A program made the position numbers and the translations under genes. A stretch of DNA of 64,000 nucleotides, taken from the NCBI GenBank assembly GCA_038496445.1, contig JALMLS010000627.1, forward strand, positions 186,001 to 250,000, in the 5' to 3' direction. The notes under the pieces were generated by a model, which did not search any database, had not been told where the DNA came from, and saw nothing but the letters and a program-made list of their open reading frames with translations. Each line of letters begins with the position of its first letter. Position 1 is the stretch's first letter. The stretch is from Trichosphaerium sp. ATCC 40318. Lineage: Eukaryota > Protista > Tubulinea. Positions 54,372-64,000 of the stretch are shown in pieces.

Positions 54372-56143
54372 ATGGCCGCATGTACAAAATGTTTTAAAGT
54401 CGTTTTAAACAAAAAAACCAGTCTTAGCCTTATTTTAACGCCAATTAAGCTTACGTTACTCCTAGTGAAGCTTTCTATGCGATCAAGTGTAAAACTAGGC
54501 CCAAGAGGTATATCTATGCCAATGTATGGTTGTACGTACTATAGACACTATATTATGACGTTTAGACGCTGAATAACTAAAATTCCGGCTTTCCCAACTC
54601 AAAAAATTACCCCAAAAGCTTAAAATCGTTCAAACAAGTTCTCTAAGCGAGTGTATGTCTCATTTAATTCGTAGTCGGTACATACAAACTAAAAGGATCT
54701 AAATGCAAAAAAATGGTTACAGCAGCTCTGAAACGTGGGGTTAGACATATAGGCACGTGGGCTATTTTTTTCGTTTTATTTTAAAGTACTTTGGACGGCC
54801 AGATTCTTTGTTTGTTTTGTCTCTTACGCTCTTAACTCTCTTGCTAGATACTGCTAGTTTCTACGATAATGAAAAATACGTTGGTGAAGCCATTCGTGAG
54901 AGTGGTATACCACGTGAAGATATTTTCGTAGTGACAAAACTGTGGCCAGACGATCACGGGTATGTATTCGTGTTTTGATTTTTTTGGTTATTTTTGTGAC
55001 ATTGACGGCCTTTGTTGTTTAACGAATTTCTCTGATATTTTCTTTTGTTGTCCATGTAGTGTTGAATACGTTTATTTTATTGGCAGTTTTATTGACAAAT
55101 TTGATTAGGTTTGCAAAGGCAACGAATGCGTTCTATACGTCCTTGAATAATCTTGGTTTTGATTACATAGATTTGTACCTCATTCATTGGCCAGGTGGTG
55201 CTCCGTAAGTACTGTGTGATAATTCTCTATACTCTTCTTATTGTATTAGTGCAGATCTACGTAAGGAATCTTGGCAAGCGCTTGAAAAGCTTCTTACTGA
55301 AGGTACTTTGGGTCTTTTATTTAAACGTGTTGTAATACTAGTTAGGAAAATGTAAGGCTATTGGCGTTTCAAATTATACCATCAAACACCTTAAAGAGTT
55401 ATTGAATTATTGCAAAATACCACCAGCAGTCAACCAAGTTAGTGTTTTATACACATTGAGTGTTACGCGCTCAGTAAAATTGATAAAAAACCAAGCAGCC
55501 GCGTTGACTTTTTTTAAAACTTATTTATGATTAGGTTGAGTTTCATCCAAAGTTGTATCAGAAGGAGCTATTGCATTTTTGCAGTGAGAAGGGTATTGCA
55601 TTGGGCGCTTATTCAAGTCTGGCTAAGGGAGCTGTACGTTTTAAAAGTGAAGAGGTGAAATAGAAGTTGACGCTTGTTTAGTTAATTGGTGATAAAACAA
55701 TCAATAGCATGGCTAAAAAATATTCGAGAACTCCAGCACAGATATTACTTCGTTGGGCTCTTGAACATGAGGTAACATAAAGAGCGAGATCTCTCAATTG
55801 TATCTTTCAACTATAACAGCTGTCACGTGATACGCTAGTGCAGTACCACTTATTTTGTTGGTTAAATTCCTCGCAAAAATCCTATTCATATGACTTACTT
55901 ATTTTTGAAAACAGGTTATCATTATACCAAAGTGTTCCACGGAAGAGCGTTTGGAGGTAAGTAAAAATATATTACAAAACAAGAGAAAGAAATTTGATAC
56001 GAGTAAGTGTAATGCTAATGTCCATAATAATGTAGGAGAATATGAACCTATTTGACTGGGAGTTAACAGCAGAAGATATGAAAGTCCTTGATGCCATGCA
56101 CGAGGATTGGCATTGTACTTGGGACCCTTCTCAGATCAAATAA
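54372..56143 (+). CDS. Aldo/keto reductase
   Basis: [51 protein letters not shown]. Confidence 0.95.
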
Positions 56144-56807
56144 TAATCCCTCCCATCAAGTAGCCTTACAGCGGCCATTTTACCTATGGGTTGATTTTTA
56201 AAGTAACGTCTCTTAAACTCTAGCAAAGTGACTTCTTCTTTGTTATTTGTTGATAGAATGGAAGGAATATTACCAACATATATTAATAAACGTGTTACAA
56301 AGAATCGATTATAGGGCATGGTTTTTAAACCTTACTAAAATTGTTTGTTTGTATCAGGTCATTGTGAGAAGTTTTACCTCTTGTATTTATAGTTCCCTAA
56401 CATAGCCTGGCCTTCTGTCCCAGGAACAATCTGTATGTCAACAATCTTGGGTATGGGTTTCAGTATAAAACAATCCAACGTGCCATAAACACTCCTAAGA
56501 TTCTGCAAGATAACCTTTAGTTTTCAATACCTTGCATGCAGCGTTCCTACGTGACCCTGTGACTTATTCTACGAGCGAAACTATTTAAGACACATAGTGA
56601 TCTACTATCACGTGTTGAAGGCAGGCTAAATTAAACTGTTGTAAATGGTCTACACGTGCACGCTATGTTTGTTTATTAAAGCACATAAATCAGAAAACGG
56701 GCTATATAGGCTCCATTGATTACTTTGTTAACTTGATCAGTCACTTTAATTGGTACCTGTAAGACTAATTGCGTGAACACCAACAAAGTACTCCTCTCCT
56801 CTATCAC

Positions 56808-57504
56808 TTACATTGTGAAGTTAAGATTAATCGTTTTCCCAGTCAATACAGTCAGCCCTTCATATGTAACTTGATGACACTTGTATAAATGAATGGTATG
56901 AACACTTACTAAAGCCTTAATACCGTCATCTGTAACCTGTGTTTCATTAAGATTAATAGTGTGTACACCTGCTAAAGCCTTGATCCCAACATCTGTAACC
57001 TTTGTTCGCTGTAAGTTTATCGTATGAACACCAGCTAAAGCCCGAATACCATCATCTGTGATACCTTCACATCTTCCTAAACCTATTGTATGAATTCCAG
57101 CTAATGCCTTAATGCCTTCATCTGTAATGCCATTACAGCAAGATAGATCAATGTGTTTAAAAGCTTTAAAATCAGATGGTTTCAGTGGTGATGTGCCATT
57201 TTCATATTCAAATAGGACACCATACGCTCCTTTGAGGTACTTTAAATGTTGACGTTCGATAAAGAATTTAATGGATAGAGTGTTTGTCTTGATGAGATGT
57301 GGCATTTTTTTGAATAGTTTTTTGAGCTGTTGTTTGGATTTGATCACTCTTCTATTTTTATCCCACGTGCTGTATTGCGATTTTTAATAATTTTGATGTA
57401 CGTACTACGTAAGGCATAGATAGAGGCGAAACGAATTGTAAAATAATAACAATAACTTCAACAGGGATATCATCAAAGACTGCGCTCTTTGAGTTCGTCG
57501 CCAT
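56808..57504 (-). pseudogene. F-box + ~5 LRR gene, frame broken just after the F-box
   Basis: MATNSKSAVFDDIPVEVIVIILQF...QHVG then TAA at ~57358-57360; LRR frame resumes if 2 nt are restored (GYKN, cf. GYK/GYE in paralogs). Confidence 0.75.
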
Positions 57505-58197
57505 TTGTTTTCGATACAATAGAATTGGTATTATGAGTAAATATATAAACCAGAGATGAGCATTAACGTGACATTACCTGCGCTGACTCTTTACCGACGT
57601 TTTTTGTCTATTTCAACATGATTTATTTCTAAGTTTCTGACCTAGCCAGCAGCAATTAACTGGTAGAAACGCGATTACATGCAAGGTTAAAGGACACGAA
57701 AGATGAGAATACACGCAAGAGACGTGGAGTTGTACAATTACAGCGTATCTAGTTAACAGGTTCAGAGAAAACATTTTAACGTTAATTATAGAGAATTCAT
57801 TAACTGGTGATTAAATATAATCACAGAATAGTAATGTGTGTTGTTGTACGTTGACACTACATTAATTTGAAATAGTTGTCACTGTTTTGTATCTCTAATT
57901 AATCCTTGGTCTTCAACACCGCCGAAAAATAAAATGTACAATCCAAATTGTTAAACCAAAATTTCAAGGTAGATAACTATATATCCCTTCGTTTGCAACA
58001 CACCATTGTACTCGTTGCCTTCTTTTTTTGCCATTGACATAGTGGTATTGCATACACAAAAGATTATTCTTGTACAATCTTGGTTTCTCCGTGAAGTAAT
58101 ACTGACATTTTATTCACTGATTGGTTTATGTTAAGTTGGTGTTCCTTCGAAACAGCGTAGTTTTATTTTAACTTCAGTGCTCTAGTGTTAAAGAAAA

Positions 58198-59711
58198 ATG
58201 AGTAAAGAAGAGTATGGGAGTATGTTGTAGCGTTATTTAAATGTTTTTAGATTGTTGAGTAAATGCAGGGCATTCTATGAAGTAGAAGAGGCCCCTAAAG
58301 ACTTTGACGCGAACTGCGAGCGAATTAGGTCGTTTATAGCTCAACACACCAAAAATAACACTCCCGTTGCTCTTGTAACAGTGCGTAAATACTACCGTAC
58401 TGTTGTATATAGATTTAACCCGAATTAGTCTGGTGGAACAGCAATACCACTCGTACACTGCTACAATTGGTTATCTTCAACTCACAACGTATAGGAGCGT
58501 AACACAGTGCGATTTTTGGATAATTTCAGGTTAGATGGCGCGTTTCAAGTTACCTGTACTAACTCTCGCTAGTGGTGGTAGTAGAGGGTCCTCATCGGCT
58601 GAGTGCGCGATACATGCTATTTTAAATAAGTATGACACAAGTCGTGATGCTGACTCCCATTTTAGGTACTTTTTAGCTCATGGATACGCCGTTTTATTCA
58701 TTAGCCGCCGTTTTTCTATTCAACCTTTTGGACGTCATTTTATGCTTCACCTTGAAGACAATTTCGCTAACGTCATGCACTTGGAAGATGGAAAAGCAAA
58801 AGGTAAGTGTCAACATGTCGAGTGTTTTGTTTTTTATAAGCATTAAAACCTATTGAATACTTTTGCCGCTAATCACGTGATAGTGACAACAGAGGCATCT
58901 GAAAATTTAGCCAAAGTGTTGATACACTACGAGAAGGTATGTGTACATCCACCAGGCTTGCTCTTTATCGTGCTTCAGTTTCCCCTTCTGTTATTTTTTT
59001 AACAGTATGGAAGTTAGTAATTCTGTGTCACTAGGTGAAAGCGGAGAACAGACTTTTAACTATAAACTACTTCAGCCTTCAAGATTATTTGTTTTATCTA
59101 CGCGGTGGATGTCAAGCACTAAATGACCTTGGTAAAAGGTACTTAGAACAACCAGCCAAAAAACCACAAAAAACCTAACTGAACTTCAAAGAGCACTGAT
59201 CTATTCTGCAGCTGCAGTTTCAGACTTTTACTTACCACCAAACAAAGTCGTACGTCATATCATATTTCAATAATATTTGAACGAAACAAACCGGAAAAAA
59301 CCCAGAAAATTGTGCCTACACTATCCAAGATTTTAAATTACATGTTGACTCGACGTAACTTTACCCAAGGCTGAACATAAGATTCAATCTAGCGCAGGAC
59401 CTCTGTCTTTGGCTTTTACTAATACGCCTAAAATGTTATACCTTGTCACAAATGAATGGTGTCCTAACGCCTTTATTGTATCGTTTAAACTTGAAACTGA
59501 TGTTTCAATGTTACCTGGAAAGTCTATGACTGCATTGAAGAGCTATGGACATCAACTGGTTATTGGTAATATCTTGGGTACTCATAAGGATGAAGTTACT
59601 TTGTTTGAACCTAAAGGAGAGCCTGTTCATATCAAACGTGGTAGTATAGAGATTGAAAAACCTCTTATTGATGCTGTCGTAAAGAAGCATTCTGCTTTCT
59701 ACAAAGTGTAG
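58198..59711 (+). CDS. PPCS: Phosphopantothenate--cysteine ligase
   Basis: [57 protein letters not shown]. Confidence 0.95.
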
Positions 59712-59889
59712 AAAAGATATCAATTTCACGTGATTGATAAAAATAAACTTGTTGTTCAAAGCACATGATCGCTCAGTTTATTACTTTATATCTTTTAAAA
59801 TCGATCTGGTGTAATATGTAATCTCCAAATTTAACAATGTAGAATCTCCTTTTTGAACACCACATTTTGAACCAAAAAATGACATTGAT

Positions 59890-60865
59890 TTATTTGGAAT
59901 TGACCCGAGCAATGTCATTTTTAACACTTTGACCATTCTCATACATCCGTTTTATCATCTCTCCTGAGCGTAACCAATATAAACACTCTCCATTTTTAAA
60001 GCCGTTTACACAGGTGTAAGACTCTTTCAGTTGTCCATTATAATACCACTTTTTAACCTCACCGTGCATTTTGCCATTTACACAATCACATTCTGACCCA
60101 AGTTGTCCATTGTCATACCACCACTTACATTTTCCTTCCATTTTACCTTTAACATAAAACATATGTTCGCTAAGTTGACAATTGTCATACCACTCATAGT
60201 AATCTCCTTCTATTTCATCATCAACAGTAACATACACTTGAGATAGGTTACCATTCCTATACCATCGTCTAACCTCACCAGTCAAAACATCATCAACGTG
60301 ATAACACTTTTCATACAATTGTCCATTATTATACCATCTCTTGTGCTCTCCTTCTCTTTACCATTAACAAAACTACCACATATCTCCAATTGGCCATTAC
60401 AATGCCAATGCCTAACCTCTCCATCTATCTTACCTTTTACATAAAACAAACGTTTGTGTAGCTTGCCATTTCTGTACCAACGCTTATACTCTCCATCAAG
60501 TATACCTTCTGAGAAATAGCAATGTTCATATAACTTGCCATTGGCGTACCAATTCTTTGAATCTCCGTCCTTCAAGCCGTTGACGAAGGTACATTGACGC
60601 ATCAACTTTTTACGAATGTACTTTTTCCATTTACCATGTTTCGCGTTGTTGTTATCAAATCTAATCATTGACGCTTGTTTTGACAATAAAGGCCATTTGT
60701 AGTATATTTCTATGTCAAGATCTGTAATATCAAGCTGTAACTCCGTTGGAAGATGCACTATGACGTCGTATGGGAGCTCTTGAGACAAAACCTTTAAATT
60801 CTAACGTTGGTACTGAATATGTTGTTAAATCATCAACGTACATTTAAACTGCGCTTGCGAGACAT
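59890..60865 (-). CDS. F-box-like + MORN-variant repeat protein; one frameshift near 60357
   Basis: ATG at 60865, short GTACGT intron, HLPTELQLDITDLDIEIYYKWPLLSKQ; ORFs 60282-60788 and 59890-60318 join if one A is restored (GGTAAA[A]GAGAA = GKREGE). Confidence 0.78.
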
Positions 60866-61119
60866 CTTCGCGCTATGAAACGTCAGAAATTAGCCTTGTT
60901 AGTTTCAACAGTGTTTCACGCGTTTTCCCTTGCTTAGGGCAGTGTTTACGTAATGCAACTTATTTACACACACTCACAGTGTGCTAGACGTAAAAAATTG
61001 GAATAATTGTCGCTACCTTATCACGTGTTCTTAAGACAGTTCAAGAATTGTAAAAAAGCGTTTATGTCTAGCTATAGCTATTGTGTTGTGTATGAAGGCT
61101 ATTGTATTTGTTGACTGTT

Positions 61120-62270
61120 TAAGCCATTACAAGATCATAGTAATGATAAGCATTAGAATTTCTAGGTACACCGAACAGCCCTTACAGCATTCAATCTTTA
61201 TCTGACAATAACATTGGCCAGCGCTTGTACCACCGTAACTTATGGTACGATCAAACGTTGTAATCTTATCTGTGCAATCAGGATCCAAGCTAGCAGCCGC
61301 AGCGCACTCTGAAGGGAAGAATGCATCTTTCTTTTCTCTTCTACCATCAAATCGAAGCTATTTGTGACATAGCTTGGAGACATCGGCATTTGATCCATTG
61401 CAACTATGGTGTTTGTTTCCAGTCACGTTCGTCCAAACGTTTCTAGCTCCATTGCAAGCATTCCTGTTTCTTTATTTATCAATGTTGGTATCTTTGGCTT
61501 ATTCACAACAATTGGTTCAAGGTCGCAGTTTATACAATCATCAGACAGAGGCCATCTTGGTATGTTCGTTAATGATAGGTACTTATTGAGCTCTCTGGTA
61601 TTGCAGTCAATGCATTTATCTCCGTGCCTCCATGGTATGTTGGTACATATCCTGGGAATGTTTGGCCAGTACTTCTCATGTAACATGCTATAAGAAGGTA
61701 GCCTTGCTCTTACGGAGAAGCAAACGTTAACGTCTTCTGGGTTCTCAATTGCTGTGATGTTATCAAAGTACTAAACAATCGTCATCTACAAGCTTGGCTT
61801 CTTTTGTGTATCGCGAAGCAACAGAAAAAGGCATTACATCGATACCTGAGCATGACGACGAACATGTCCGAGCACAATAAGACAAATCAGTGTAGATTTT
61901 TGTACATCCTAGAAAACAAATTAGCAAAAAAAGTTGATTGAAAATGACTCCACGTTCGTACTTCCTGAACTTCTGTATCTTGGAAAGAAACAGTGATCGA
62001 CACGACTAAATATTTGTGAGAATACTCAATACTTGTTGGCTCAAAAAGCCGTACGTGTAGGAAGTTACGTTTTCTTTGATTCCGTAAATATTCTCAACTT
62101 GATAGTCAACATAATCTACATCTGTACACTCACGATATCCTTTCCAATACCAATGAACAATATACCGAAAACAAATTTCAAAGGGAACAGATACTTCTAA
62201 ACGTTCAATCGACATACGAAGAAGTGCTTCAGTAACACCAGTAACACCAAGGAAATCATCAAATGCCAAA
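61120..62270 (-). pseudogene. Degenerate Cys-rich extracellular protein gene
   Basis: Segments CIDC...IPRW...CINCD and ECAAAASLDPDC...GQCYC interrupted by stops and frameshifts. Confidence 0.4.
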
Positions 62271-63349
62271 AAATCATAGTTTATTCACCTTTTGACAACA
62301 ATTAAATAAACAAGGTTGAAAATCACATATGATTGTTTTTTTGGGGTGGCCTATACCTTACTTAGTGCACCTCATTGTGCTCTAAAAGTTACAACATAAT
62401 TTTAAGAGTCAATTTTTTTACACAACTTTATTACAACAAAGACTCCAAATCCAGTAACAACGAGTCAATTCGTTCGCTGTACCGAAGCAAATTAAAAAAC
62501 CCAACGCAACGCTCAAGGTTACGCCTTTCATCGTACACCGCTTCAAATCGCCGCCGGCTAACAGCTTGTCTCATAGCCAAGGCTATTTTTTTGTTTGGTA
62601 GAATAATTGAAAGGTCCCTAGTCGCGTAGGGGGGCTTTCCCAGTAGCTGTCTCCAGTCCTTGAGACTAAATACCGGTTCATACGGTATACGCAACTTTCT
62701 AGCTAACGCGGTTGCAATTCTATCCAACTCATTGCTGAGGTGGTTACTTTTCCTCAAGCCCAAAAAAATTTTACTTTTTCGTTCCTATACACACATTAGC
62801 TAAAAAACTAAATTGTTCTTTTGAATACCTCTAGAACGTTGCTTTTGCCCTCTATCATGGCAATCATTCCTTTCCTGGACAACGTTTTAGGGACAATGAC
62901 AATGTGCTAACACGTACGATTTAAAAAGCAGCGGTTTTTTCGCTGCTGGGAGCTTTATCCCGTTCATAAACAGATGAACCCCCCCTTTTTAGATTCATCC
63001 GCTACCTTGCGGCGTTTATTTGTTCTACGGCAGTGGTTAGTTGTTTTTTGACAATTTAATAGATCCAATCTGCTATAAATACACAATGGACAGATAAAAC
63101 GCCAAAAGTGGTGCGTCTGTCTTGTTGACAATAAACGTGTGACGTAATAGCGTTTGCAGCAAAAATCGTTGAGTTGAAATAACAAGTAAAACAAACAAGC
63201 GAACTACGTACTTTTTGACCGTGTCGTTTCCTCTTTGACGTTTCATTTGCTTTTAATCTCTTACTGTTTTTAGCTGTTAAGGTTAAGTCATTAAGTTATG
63301 CAAGGGCTTGTGTGTTTGAATGAGGTGTGGTTCTCCAACAACAAATGAA

Positions 63350-64000
63350 CGTAATCATGTCAATGACCTGCGTGAAGTATAACACAATACATTGGCACGA
63401 GGTTTTTCAGCTAACGGCACAAAAAATACTGTTAGGTAGCGCCCTATACCCAGCAAACATACGCAAAGCAACAGTACAGAAACAATTGGCCTTGATGATG
63501 AAGATGAGCTGTTTGGATCATCCATCGGAGCCTTAGTACCCCCACTAGAAGGTACAGTTGTATTGTCATTTATGACAAGGGGCTTGGGTTGCTGTCAAGC
63601 ATCGACAGAAGCGCAAGAAAGTTAGACTTTCCAAAAAAAAGCAAAAAGGTTTCTGTACCCGTCTTCATCGCTAGTGCCCTTTGCATCACATGTTACTCTG
63701 TCATTTGAACGTTCTTGCAATTCACACCTCGTATCGTCATTGTAGCAAAATCCTGCTGTACTCTGTGTTGTGCCAAGAGCACTACATCCGCTGAGGAATG
63801 GCTTCTTGCATAGGAATCCGGATAATTTCAATTCTGAGTTTATCTTATCAATACCATTTGTACGTTCCAACGATACCAAATCACATCGGAGATTCTCAAT
63901 CTCACATCGCTCAGTACAAGACTGTCCGACCTTAAAGAAAAAAAGTAAGCAAAAAGCCGTAATGTTTCTACATATCGTACGTCTGTTTGGAACCACCCAG
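63350..64000 (-). pseudogene. 3' part of a Cys-rich surface protein gene, apparently disrupted, runs off window
   Basis: GQSCTERC...LRC...CYN...TCDAK...RFCRC, then an S/T-rich stalk and hydrophobic PIVSVLLLCVCLLGIG in shifted frames. Confidence 0.4.

Noticed and set aside
61120-61450. Stop-codon reassignment
   Set aside because: Conserved genes read without internal stops and end in TAA, TAG or TGA; the stops here co-occur with frameshifts.

Overview
AT-rich, gene-dense nuclear DNA of a unicellular eukaryote (plausibly an amoeboid protist; taxon not determinable here). It uses the standard code and has many short (mostly ~40-100 nt) spliceosomal introns, often with a GTACGT/GTATGT donor, so the ORF track fragments most genes. 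I rebuilt gene models by eye. Housekeeping genes: RBR E3 ligase, TECR, RPL10, 2OG-Fe(II) oxygenase, two methyltransferases, HDAC11, alpha/beta hydrolase, GMPPB, TRA2, GAPDH, ADP-ribosylglycohydrolase, aldo-keto reductase, PPCS, and a secreted DUF4397 protein the ORF track misses. Fast-evolving content is interspersed: (i) six F-box genes with variable repeat arrays (four 21/22-aa LRR, two MORN-variant), two sharing an unrecognised N-terminal domain; (ii) a tandem pair of ~900-aa GPI-type beta-propeller surface protein genes, nearly identical even in some introns but differing in sharp coding patches; (iii) a 5'-truncated RNase H-bearing non-LTR retrotransposon with a (GTAAA)4 tail and 7-bp TSD. 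Also seen: GC-AG introns, one well-constrained GA-AG intron, a possible GT-GG intron, and strong CACGTG enrichment. The best candidate for an undescribed system is a diversifying recognition locus (mosaic surface receptors plus variable F-box adaptors, 14.7-27.4 kb); its function is inference only.
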